Of a stretch of 64,000 bases of DNA, positions 48,945 to 57,832 are shown piece by piece. The DNA lies in contig CAZUDQ010000003.1 in NCBI GenBank assembly GCA_964619365.1, positions 1 through 64,000 on the forward strand. Direction: 5' to 3'. Source of the stretch: an uncultured archaeon (GTDB lineage: Archaea > Altiarchaeota > Altiarchaeia > JAFGQM01). The notes beneath the pieces were generated by a model. That model saw only the letters and a program-made list of their open reading frames with translations. It was not told the DNA's origin and did no database searches. The stretch's first letter is position 1; every line of letters starts with the position of its first letter. A program made the position numbers and the translations under genes.

Positions 48945-49040
48945 TGTTATATCGACTTTTATTTTGGGCCGCCTAAATTAATGGTAAGTTAATAAAAATA
49001 TGAAACAGCCCAGTTTCTAAATAAAAACTTATAATAAAAT

Positions 49041-49763
49041 ATGAAAAGAATTAGTTATTTTGTCCTTGTATCAGGCATTCTCCTGCTTATAGCACCATTG
49101 GCAGAGTCTCAGATAGACCTAACAGAGTATGACTCTGCCGTACTACAGATTGATGAGCTGACAAGTGAGGCCAATCGCGCGCGCGCAAACTACCAAAATG
49201 ACCTCATGATTGAGCTTCTCAGACAAAAAAGGGCACTAGAAGAAGAGCTCAATACCCCCAAAATGTCTTATCTGGCCACATATTCAGAATTGATTATTCC
49301 GCTAGATGAGGCCGAGTACCTAATAGGGGAATTTTCATCAGTATTTTCAAAGGATTTTAGCGCTGGTGATATAAAATCGATAAAAGACAGACTAACGGCA
49401 TCTGAAGCATTTTTTTCCTCTGGAAACTATTCAGGGGCAAAAGAAGCACTGCCCGCTTTATCAGAAATCATAATCTTACCAAGTTCTCTTGCAGAAGAAG
49501 CAGGCGCAACTGCTCGCGAGGATACATTATCAAAAGGCGATAGTCGCATCCTCCTTGACGCCGCAGATCTTTTTGATGAAGCATCAGAAGAGTATTTACT
49601 TGGCAAAAATTCCTTTCCCAAGGCAAGAGAACTTACAAACTCCGGAATAAGTCTTGTACTGCGTTCAAAAGAAGTTCCCGAGCAGTTACCTTATTACATA
49701 CTCTTTGTGGCAATACCTGTAATAGTCGCTGGCATTCTACTATTCTACGGGCTAAAAAAATAA
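49041..49763 (+). CDS. Exported helical protein with C-terminal TM anchor
   Basis: Signal peptide; C-terminal hydrophobic helix followed by KK. Confidence 0.7.
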   Translation: MKRISYFVLVSGILLLIAPLAESQIDLTEYDSAVLQIDELTSEANRARANYQNDLMIELLRQKRALEEELNTPKMSYLATYSELIIPLDEAEYLIGEFSSVFSKDFSAGDIKSIKDRLTASEAFFSSGNYSGAKEALPALSEIIILPSSLAEEAGATAREDTLSKGDSRILLDAADLFDEASEEYLLGKNSFPKARELTNSGISLVLRSKEVPEQLPYYILFVAIPVIVAGILLFYGLKK

Positions 49764-49769
49764 GACGTC

Positions 49770-50066
49770 TTATTCCTTTGTCTCGCGCATACCCTTGACG
49801 ATATTAAGGAGGCTTGTGAACCTTTTATCATCGTTTCCTTTGGATACTTCGAGCTCTTTTATTTGCTCTTTTTCTGAAAGGACAACGCGTTTTATAACAT
49901 TAATCTCCCGTATCACAAGATTCATCTTCTGTTTAAGAAGATCTATTTCAGAATCAAGAGTCCGTATCTGCTCAAGCGCATTAGTAACCATTTCGGCCTC
50001 TTCAGTCTTTCTATTTTTCCCGGAACCCGTCGATTTGGATTTTTTAGTCCTTTCTTCTCTGCTCAT
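49770..50066 (-). CDS. Hypothetical coiled-coil protein
   Basis: Heptad pattern; SD-like GAGGT upstream. Confidence 0.65.
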   Translation of the reverse strand: MSREERTKKSKSTGSGKNRKTEEAEMVTNALEQIRTLDSEIDLLKQKMNLVIREINVIKRVVLSEKEQIKELEVSKGNDDKRFTSLLNIVKGMRETKE

Positions 50067-50113
50067 AAAATACCTCTATTTGATTTTAATGCCATAACCA
50101 ATAAAAACTTAGG

Positions 50114-52462
50114 GTGACGGGTTTTGTGGACGATAACATTCTTCTTGATGTAAGTTATGAGCGTGAGGGTAGCGCTCCAGTACTTAAATTATACTATCCC
50201 GGCCAAGACGGCAGGGACAAGGATATTAAAGAGATAAAGGATTTTTTTCCTTATTTTTACGCCGTGCCACGAAATGACGCCTCTGCACTAAAAAGAGGCA
50301 TCGAATCTGAAATAAGCTCACTTCGTGATGCCGAAGAAGTAGTTCTTGAGGACTCTAGCCAAAAGCTTAGAGTAATCAAAGTAACCCTTAATAATCCTGG
50401 AGAGGTTCCCGACGCGCGCGAAAAAATAAGACGCTTGCAGGAATGTCTTGAGACCCGCGAAGACGATATTCGTTTCACACAAAGATATGTCATAAATTCA
50501 GGTATTGTTCCAATGAAGGGGGCAACAAATACTAAGCTTAAGATTGCCGCATTTGATATTGAAACTGTAAAGATTGATTCAGACGGACCTATGGAAAACA
50601 CTAACATGCGCCCGATAATAATTAGCTATGCAGACTCACTTGGCGCAAGACATGTATGGCAGTTTGGCAACGAGTCAAGTCATAAGTTTGCCAAGACCTG
50701 CTCAACAGAAGAAGAGATAATAGAACTCTTTATTTCAACAGTAAAAAAGCAAGGAATTGACATAATAGTAACCTATAACGGCGACAATTTCGATTTTCCG
50801 GTGATAAAAGACCGTTGCAAATTCCTTGGCACGAAATTTAATCTTGGCCCGAAAGACGAAGAGGTCAGGCTTGAGCGGCGTGGGATGAATCTTGCCGCAA
50901 GGATTCCGGGGCGCCCCCACATTGACCTTTATCCAATATGCAGAAAACTATTTTCACTACCCAGGTACACCCTTGAAGATGTCCACGAAGCGCTGTTTGG
51001 CGAAGTGAAGCTCGACATAGAAATCGAAAACCTGGCTAGCTGGTGGAAAGAAGGAAAAAATATAGATAAAATCATTGAGTACTCCATTTCAGATGTCGAT
51101 TCCTGCCTTGCAATAGCAAAAGAGGTTCTCCCAACAGAATACGAGCTTACCCAGATTGTAAAACAGCCGATATTTGAAGTCTCGCGCATGGGAAGTGGAA
51201 ACGCAATAGAATGGCTCCTTATGTCAATTGCCCATGAAAAAGGCATTTTAGTCCCAAACAAGCCAAGCGACAGAGATTATCAGATTAGACGGGGGGAAGG
51301 TTATGAGGGTGCATACGTAGTAGAGCCGATAAAAGGACTGCATGATAACATATTCGTATTCGATTTTCGCTCGCTATACCCCTCAATCATAATAGCCCAT
51401 AACATCGACCCTTCAACTCATGACCAGAAAGCAGATGATGCTCTTTGTTCTATCTCACCAACGGGAGCCAAGTTCAAAAAGACGCCAAAAGGACTCATAC
51501 CAGGGCTTCTTAACGAGATACTTTCAAGCAGGACAAAAATCAAGCGCCAGCTAAAAAAGGCAAAAGAAGAAAAGGAATCGGCAACTACAATAAAAGTCCT
51601 TGACGCGCGCCAGCAGGCCCTTAAGATACTTGCAAATTCAGCTTATGGCTACATGGGGTTTTCGCGGGCGCGCTGGTATGACAACGATTGCGCCGGAAGT
51701 ACGGCTGCCTGGGGGCGTGAATACATAAAAGACACGATAAAAAAGGCTGAAGGACTGGGATACAAGGTCGTTTATGGGGATACAGACAGCCTGATGCTAA
51801 CGGTTCCCGGAAAAATAACAAAAGCTAAAGGAAAAGACATTGCAAAAGATTTCTTAAAGGAGATAAATTCAAAGCTCCCAGAAGCCATGGAACTTGAGTT
51901 TGAAGGTTTCTTCCCGCGTGGGGTGTTTATCACTAAAAAGCGCTACGCCCTAATCTCAGCAGAAGGAAAACTGACAATAAAGGGTCTTGAGACACGCCGT
52001 CGTGACTGGGCACAAATAGCAAAGGATACTCAAGTCCAGGTACTTGACGCAATACTCCGTGAGAGAAACCCAGAAAAGGCCGCAGAACTTGTCAAAAAAG
52101 TCATATTAGACTTAAAGGAAGGAAACGTCCCGCTTTCAGAACTCTTAATACATACTCAACTCACAAAGCCGATTGGGGAATACGAAAACAAAGGACCGCA
52201 TGTGATGGCTGCCACCAAGGCGCAAAAAAAAGGAATGAGAATAAAACCGGGCGACGTCCTCCAGTACATAATAACAAAGAAAGGCAACTCAATAAGCGAT
52301 AAGGCATGTCTTATCGGCTTTTGCAAGGAGAATGATTACGACCCCGAATATTACATAAACAATCAGGTTCTTCCGGCAGTCATGCGCGTACTTGAAGCAT
52401 TGGGGTACAACGAAGACGAGCTAAAGGGTCTTGGAAAACAGACGACTCTTGGACATTTCTAA
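50114..52462 (+). CDS. polB: Family B DNA polymerase (no intein)
   Basis: FDIET, YNGDNFDF, DFRSLYPSII, KILANSAYGY and YGDTDS motifs; C-terminal PIP-like QTTLGHF. Confidence 0.97.
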   Translation: MTGFVDDNILLDVSYEREGSAPVLKLYYPGQDGRDKDIKEIKDFFPYFYAVPRNDASALKRGIESEISSLRDAEEVVLEDSSQKLRVIKVTLNNPGEVPDAREKIRRLQECLETREDDIRFTQRYVINSGIVPMKGATNTKLKIAAFDIETVKIDSDGPMENTNMRPIIISYADSLGARHVWQFGNESSHKFAKTCSTEEEIIELFISTVKKQGIDIIVTYNGDNFDFPVIKDRCKFLGTKFNLGPKDEEVRLERRGMNLAARIPGRPHIDLYPICRKLFSLPRYTLEDVHEALFGEVKLDIEIENLASWWKEGKNIDKIIEYSISDVDSCLAIAKEVLPTEYELTQIVKQPIFEVSRMGSGNAIEWLLMSIAHEKGILVPNKPSDRDYQIRRGEGYEGAYVVEPIKGLHDNIFVFDFRSLYPSIIIAHNIDPSTHDQKADDALCSISPTGAKFKKTPKGLIPGLLNEILSSRTKIKRQLKKAKEEKESATTIKVLDARQQALKILANSAYGYMGFSRARWYDNDCAGSTAAWGREYIKDTIKKAEGLGYKVVYGDTDSLMLTVPGKITKAKGKDIAKDFLKEINSKLPEAMELEFEGFFPRGVFITKKRYALISAEGKLTIKGLETRRRDWAQIAKDTQVQVLDAILRERNPEKAAELVKKVILDLKEGNVPLSELLIHTQLTKPIGEYENKGPHVMAATKAQKKGMRIKPGDVLQYIITKKGNSISDKACLIGFCKENDYDPEYYINNQVLPAVMRVLEALGYNEDELKGLGKQTTLGHF

Positions 52463-52632
52463 AGCAAACAAACCTTACTTAAAGAGCGATTTTTTTAATC
52501 AGAGCTCATAAGGTTCATCATGGACAAGTCCTATAAAGAACTTAGCTCAGGGGTTGTTCGCTTCATCATTACTAATTTTATAATGTGGAGACATTAATAT
52601 CAAATAGACTATGTTGTAGAATAAAAAAAGAA

Positions 52633-53766
52633 ATGGCATCGCGCATTGACGAAAAACATCTTGTAAAGACACTTCAGGAATTAATAAAGATACCTTCGGT
52701 TACCTGCAACGAAGGCGAGATTGCAAACTATGTGTTTGAAACCATGACAAATCTCGGTCATGTTGCTTACGTGGACGAGGAAGTAGATAACGTCTATGTT
52801 GAAATGGGTGTGGGAAATGAAGGCAAGACTCTAATGCTTAATTCTCATCTTGACACAGTCCCCCCAATGGGCTACTTAAAAGACCCTTTTCGCGCTGAGA
52901 AAAAAGGAAATAAAGTAATTGGACTTGGCGCGTCAGACTGCAAGGCAGGGGTTGCAGGAATGATTGAGATTGCACACAGAATCGACCCAAAAAAGATTAA
53001 TGGAAAACTGCTTTTGGCATTTACCGTCGCAGAAGAAGACGTTCTTAAAGGAACACGCCTTCCCAAAGGAAGCATGTACGCTGCAGAAAAAATTAAAGCA
53101 GACGGATGTGTAATAATGGAGCCAACACTTTACAAAGGTGTTCCAAAGATTTCAGCGGGATGCCGTGGGCGCATGATTCTTGAACTTACAGTCCACGGTA
53201 AAAGTACACATTCTTCACGTCCCGAGACTGGCAAAAACGCAGTCGAAGAAGCAGTACACTTAGTAAACAGGCTAAAAGACCATGATTTATACATGGGCAA
53301 TTATTTTGGAAAAGAGCTTCCAGAGACCCTTTCAATCGTAAAGATAAACAGCGACTCGCCGGCAACAAACATAATCCCCCGGCTTTGTGAAATGACAGTC
53401 GATTACAGGACGCTTCCCGGCCGCGATGATGTCAAAAAGAAGATAAAAGCTGCAATAAAAGAATCAGGGGTTGAAGCTGATGTGAAAATGCCCTATTTTT
53501 TCCCAGGATATTTCTTAGGGGAAAATTGCGAGTTTACAGACCAGTTTAAAACCCTTATTGATTCCCAGTTCAAATGTGATACAGAACGCATGGTAGCACT
53601 TGGAAGGGCTGACACTGAGTATTTTTACAGGCACGGCATTCCCGCTCTAGAGTTTGGTCCGGGTGAGAATCACCAATGCCACAAGCCTGAAGAGTATGCG
53701 CTCATACCAGGAATGGTCTCTGCGACAAAAGCGGTAATGAAATTCTCTGAAAAGTTCCTTTCTTAA
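52633..53766 (+). CDS. M20-family metallohydrolase (ArgE/DapE-like)
   Basis: NSHLDTV, GLGASDCKAG, AEED, MEPT, HSSRP and HKPEE motifs; start taken as ATG 52633. Confidence 0.88.
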   Translation: MASRIDEKHLVKTLQELIKIPSVTCNEGEIANYVFETMTNLGHVAYVDEEVDNVYVEMGVGNEGKTLMLNSHLDTVPPMGYLKDPFRAEKKGNKVIGLGASDCKAGVAGMIEIAHRIDPKKINGKLLLAFTVAEEDVLKGTRLPKGSMYAAEKIKADGCVIMEPTLYKGVPKISAGCRGRMILELTVHGKSTHSSRPETGKNAVEEAVHLVNRLKDHDLYMGNYFGKELPETLSIVKINSDSPATNIIPRLCEMTVDYRTLPGRDDVKKKIKAAIKESGVEADVKMPYFFPGYFLGENCEFTDQFKTLIDSQFKCDTERMVALGRADTEYFYRHGIPALEFGPGENHQCHKPEEYALIPGMVSATKAVMKFSEKFLS

Positions 53767-53878
53767 GAAACGAATAGTTATCCCCCGGAGATAACTTTAT
53801 CCTGTGATAACTATATGTCTTAATCCCTTAGAATTATCTATCTCCAAAATACGCGTTCGCCTAGATAAACATAAGAAA

Positions 53879-54109
53879 ATGAGGATACTCAAATCTAGGA
53901 AAGGACAGACAGACTCTGTTTTTAAGCTGGCACTTGTCGTGATAATAATCGCGGCTGTGCTTGCAGTGGTTTCATATATGATGGGCTCGGCATGGACCGG
54001 GGCTGAAGAGCTTGCAACAGGAGCTGCAACAGCATCAGAGAGTGTTTCTGAAGCAACAGATTGCATGATAACTGGCAATTGCGACGAGGGCGGATTATCA
54101 GGAAGCTAA
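53879..54109 (+). CDS. Type IV pilin-like protein (class III signal RKG/QTD)
   Basis: MRILKSRKG-QTDSVFKLALVVIIIAAVLAVV; start taken as ATG 53879. Confidence 0.85.
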   Translation: MRILKSRKGQTDSVFKLALVVIIIAAVLAVVSYMMGSAWTGAEELATGAATASESVSEATDCMITGNCDEGGLSGS

Positions 54110-54112
54110 AAA

Positions 54113-54286
54113 GTGCACTCCATTGTCTTTACTCTGGCTCTTGTCACAATAGTTTCCTTTCTTGTAATCTGCGCCCTTATGGTGATTTTTGCAGACACCC
54201 AAGAAATTGCGTTTGGTGCAATAAACGATTCTGAAGAGGCAAGAACTTACGCACTCCAAAAAGCAGCAGATATAATACAAAAATGA
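54113..54286 (+). CDS. 57-aa leaderless pilin-like protein (MHSIVFTLALVTIVSFLVICALM...)
   Basis: Hand-translated from GTG 54113; its stop overlaps the next ATG (ATGA). Confidence 0.7.
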   Translation: MHSIVFTLALVTIVSFLVICALMVIFADTQEIAFGAINDSEEARTYALQKAADIIQK

Positions 54287-54483
54287 TACCAAAGGGAAGA
54301 AAAGGGGTAGCAGACGAAGTCTTTAAAATAGCTCTTGCAATAATAATTGTTGCAGCGGTTCTTGGGATTGTCGCAACCGTTCTTTCAGAGATAAAAGAGG
54401 ACAGTGTCTCTGCGATAAACGCAACAGGCTCGGCCTTTAGAAACTTCACCGCGCGGATAGTCAATAAAACCGCAAGCTTCTAA
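54283..54483 (+). CDS. Type IV pilin-like protein (class III signal RKG/VAD)
   Basis: MIPKGRKG-VADEVFKIALAIIIVAAVLGIV; paralog of the 53879 gene. Confidence 0.85.
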   Translation: MIPKGRKGVADEVFKIALAIIIVAAVLGIVATVLSEIKEDSVSAINATGSAFRNFTARIVNKTASF

Positions 54484-54486
54484 AGA

Positions 54487-54741
54487 ATGGATTTGCCGTT
54501 TAAGATTGCAGCTGCGATTATTTTAGGGATGGGAGTCCTGTGCGCACTAATGCTTTTTAGCTCGCATATTATTTCAGCTGGAACAACACTTGAGGATACT
54601 GAAAAAACACTTTTTTCAGATTCACAGGACGATGCAACAAAGCTTCTTTTGGACGGGGAAAAAGAAACGGACAAAGGCTATGTTATACTAGATGGTGGAA
54701 TGCTTCCAGATGGTGGTGGACAACTAAACAGGCTTTTTTAG
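54487..54741 (+). CDS. Leaderless pilin-like protein
   Basis: MDLPFKIAAAIILGMGVLCALM; shares FKIA and CALM with its neighbours. Confidence 0.7.
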   Translation: MDLPFKIAAAIILGMGVLCALMLFSSHIISAGTTLEDTEKTLFSDSQDDATKLLLDGEKETDKGYVILDGGMLPDGGGQLNRLF

Positions 54742-54742
54742 C

Positions 54743-55192
54743 ATGCAGATTAACCGACGAGGGAGCTCGGTTCTTGAAGCCCCCTTTATGATTCTTGCAA
54801 GCGTTCTTGTCATCGTCTTTTGCCTTTGGATAGGAATTAATTCGATGGAAAAATTTGTCAAGGGTTCAGAGGAGCAGGCGGCAGCACAGGCTGCAAGTGA
54901 CCTTTATGAGGCCGCAAGGATAATCTCACTAGGGTATGACAAGAATTCAATGCGATATTTTTTGTCTGTTCCTGATTGTTGCAGGATAAAGGTGGACGGA
55001 GAACTGAGTGCAATTTTTGTCAACGAATCTGACGGGGAAAGAATAATTACAGGGCCAATGGCAATATCTGGAGTACGAATAGAATCGGCATGCGGTCCAA
55101 TTGAATCTGGAGAACACAACCTACTACTAGAATACTGGGAAGATGGGCAAAAAGTTATTATTTCAAAGGAAGGGGCAGTCTGCAGCGATTGA
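54743..55192 (+). CDS. Minor pilin-like protein (class III signal RRG/SS)
   Basis: RRG-SSVLE plus hydrophobic helix; globular C-terminal domain. Confidence 0.75.
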   Translation: MQINRRGSSVLEAPFMILASVLVIVFCLWIGINSMEKFVKGSEEQAAAQAASDLYEAARIISLGYDKNSMRYFLSVPDCCRIKVDGELSAIFVNESDGERIITGPMAISGVRIESACGPIESGEHNLLLEYWEDGQKVIISKEGAVCSD

Positions 55193-56918
55193 CCTGATGG
55201 TATTCTTGTTGCTTTCATCTCTTGCCATTTCTTACCTCTCCTTACAATCGGCACAATTATCATCAAGATCCCAACGCAGGATGGAAACTGAAAGCTTAAA
55301 CGAAATGGCTGAAATAAGCCTTTCGGCGCTTCTTTCCTCTAAGGCAGATATTGAGATTAGCGTCCTGCAGAAAAAAGCGGCAAGTAGGATAAACTCCCCC
55401 GTTACAAATGATGCAAGAAAGATACTTGATTACTTAAAACTGGCTGAGGAGGCCATCTCAGAAATAGAAAGCAGTAATGATATCTCGGACAATCCCCATA
55501 TAGCATACATCCGACATAAGTTTTCAGAGATAGATTCGTATTTAGGGCTTGCCCAGGACTCACTGATTGGATTTAGCGCTTCCCAGATAGACTCAGCCCT
55601 TAGTGATTCTCTTGCGCCTTGCCAAGCCCTTGGCGAGCTTTCCTCAATTTTCTCCTCATTTGTCGGGTTTGATTTTAGTTGCGATACCATAACCTCTGAA
55701 ATACTAAGTTATCTTGGAGAGGAACTCTCAAGTGTCGCTATGGATTCAAATGACCTTGTTTCGTTTATAGATGAAGCAGAAAGCCTATTGGACGTGGAGA
55801 TTAAGGAAAAAGCAAGAGAACTACGCTGCAAACTTTCAGACATTAGGCAAGCCATTGAGTCCGTATTTGGCTATATCGAAGTGGGAGTCAACCCCGATGT
55901 GTCGCCTCTCGAACTTTTCCCGGTTAAGCTCAACGCAGAAAGTTACACCATAAGGCAAGTCACAGAAGACGCGCTAACGAGTGGAGATTTCTTTGCAAAA
56001 ACAGACTGGGAAAGGACTGCAATCGCGTCAGTCGCTTTAACATATTTTAGGGGAAAAAACCTAACAACAGGCCTATTCGAAAAAGGCTTTTTGGAGGAAA
56101 ACATACATTCCCAGCCCAGTGGAGATTTGATTGGCGAGTACATTGAAATCACTCCAGAACATTCTCTTCAAAAAGAGGACAATATGACTCTTAGCGGGGT
56201 CTACACAGAGGACAAAAGTATTTCCCTAAAAGCAAAGATAACTGGTGCAGGTTATCTTGGACTGCAAGCGGCATTTTTTGGAAAGGAACTTGGTTCTGGC
56301 AGGCAAAAGACCGTATATTTTGAAGGAGGGGAATACATACTAAACAGCACAGCATACATCACAAACGCGCACGAAAGGACATATAATGGAAGCGCGGTTA
56401 AAGGTGTTACAAGAGAATCTCCCATAAGCGTTTCTGAAGAAGTTTTTAGTCATAAGGACATACTCACTCCGGAAATAAATTTTGAAGGAAACTTAATCAA
56501 AACAACAATAACGCGACCCTTTTCCTCAGTCTTTTGGCTTGAACTGGGAAACGCCACATTTGAGCCGCAAAACTATGCGTTCCAAATAGAGCATATTATT
56601 GAAACAAAAAGCGGCGAGTATATAATAAACAGTTCTGTAGCCGACGGCGAGTATGACCCGAATGCCGAAAAGTCAGCAGTTTTAGGCGCCCTTGCAATAG
56701 ACAAAACAAGCATCTTTCCCGAGCTGAAGAGTTCTATTGAATCAGAGATAAAGCGCATAATACCAAATTATAGTTATTCTTTTAATCTCTCTTGCCCCTG
56801 CAAGGAGGGAATTTATTTTGGCAGTGGAAGCCCGCAAGGAAGATATGGTATTGCAAGAAGGCATTTTTGGATTGATGACTGCGAGTGTGATGTGACACTT
56901 ATTCTCTGGAGGGACTAG
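55143..56918 (+). CDS. Large class III-signal protein (RKG/QS)
   Basis: RKG-QSAAIDLMVFLLLS; helical then beta-rich body; C-terminal Cys. Confidence 0.75.
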   Translation: MGKKLLFQRKGQSAAIDLMVFLLLSSLAISYLSLQSAQLSSRSQRRMETESLNEMAEISLSALLSSKADIEISVLQKKAASRINSPVTNDARKILDYLKLAEEAISEIESSNDISDNPHIAYIRHKFSEIDSYLGLAQDSLIGFSASQIDSALSDSLAPCQALGELSSIFSSFVGFDFSCDTITSEILSYLGEELSSVAMDSNDLVSFIDEAESLLDVEIKEKARELRCKLSDIRQAIESVFGYIEVGVNPDVSPLELFPVKLNAESYTIRQVTEDALTSGDFFAKTDWERTAIASVALTYFRGKNLTTGLFEKGFLEENIHSQPSGDLIGEYIEITPEHSLQKEDNMTLSGVYTEDKSISLKAKITGAGYLGLQAAFFGKELGSGRQKTVYFEGGEYILNSTAYITNAHERTYNGSAVKGVTRESPISVSEEVFSHKDILTPEINFEGNLIKTTITRPFSSVFWLELGNATFEPQNYAFQIEHIIETKSGEYIINSSVADGEYDPNAEKSAVLGALAIDKTSIFPELKSSIESEIKRIIPNYSYSFNLSCPCKEGIYFGSGSPQGRYGIARRHFWIDDCECDVTLILWRD

Positions 56919-56919
56919 A

Positions 56920-57384
56920 TTGAAATTCAGATACTTAAACAAAAAAGGATGGCTCGTCTGGTCCTGGTCAAAAGCAGGCATGCTAATCATATTTTTTGCC
57001 TGTATGGTAATGCTTCTTTGTGCGTTTTCCCTATTGTCAACAGCTTTTCTTGCAGATTCAGCTCAAAAGCTCTCCTCAGACATTGTTAATTCCTTGCTTA
57101 TGGTTTCCTCTTCAGAAGACGGCAGCTATCTTGAGATAAATCTTCCTCCTTCGGTACAAGGCGAACCTTATCATATGACGGCAAACAAGACTGAATCCGG
57201 TCTTGTTGCAATAATAGTTTCTGTACAGACTCAAAAAGGCAAGATGATTGGAATCAGCGTCTTGCCAACCCCATATCACAATGCTTCCTTAGGCATTTTG
57301 CATCAATCAGATTCAAAGGAACACAAATTATGTGCCAATATACACAATGATACAACATATCTTTATCCCAAGGGATGTTTTTAA
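56920..57384 (+). CDS. Minor pilin-like protein (KKG/WL)
   Basis: KKG followed by a hydrophobic helix. Confidence 0.7.
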   Translation: MKFRYLNKKGWLVWSWSKAGMLIIFFACMVMLLCAFSLLSTAFLADSAQKLSSDIVNSLLMVSSSEDGSYLEINLPPSVQGEPYHMTANKTESGLVAIIVSVQTQKGKMIGISVLPTPYHNASLGILHQSDSKEHKLCANIHNDTTYLYPKGCF

Positions 57385-57832
57385 TTCGAAAAAAGGGCAG
57401 CTTGGGCCACAGGCTCTTGAGGATTTGCCGATAAGCGCCATAGGCTTGATATGTGTGATTATCCTTGTCATGCTCCTTCTAAAAGTAGGCCTTGGTGCGA
57501 TAATCCCTTCAGATATAAGCGAAGCGTCTTCTTTTGGGCAAAGAGCACTTTTCCTTCTTGTAAAATCCTTTTCAAGCAGTGAATCAAAAGGAATTTCATC
57601 ATGGGCGATAGATGCGGCAAAAGTCTCCGAAATGAATCACAAAAACTATCCACTCAAAGGCGTTCTCGCATCCCCCCAATACGGCTTTTTTGCGCAAGTT
57701 AAATCCTGTTGCGGTGAATGGAAGTTTGGAGGCAGTAAGGAGCCCGCATTATCATTTCATGCGCCTGTTTCAGTCCTGTGCGAAGACAAACTCTGCGACG
57801 GCGATATAATATTAAGGATCTGGAAAAAATGA
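57347..57832 (+). CDS. Minor pilin-like protein (KKG/QL); start uncertain
   Basis: KKG-QLGPQALEDL plus hydrophobic helix; ends in a beta-strand IRIW, like its neighbours. Confidence 0.7.
   Translation: MIQHIFIPRDVFNSKKGQLGPQALEDLPISAIGLICVIILVMLLLKVGLGAIIPSDISEASSFGQRALFLLVKSFSSSESKGISSWAIDAAKVSEMNHKNYPLKGVLASPQYGFFAQVKSCCGEWKFGGSKEPALSFHAPVSVLCEDKLCDGDIILRIWKK

Noticed and set aside
57361-57400. Programmed frameshift or phase variation at ATGTTTTTAAT before the KKGQ leader
   Set aside because: An in-frame ATG at 57347 explains the gene without a shift, and a T5 run is too short to argue slippage.
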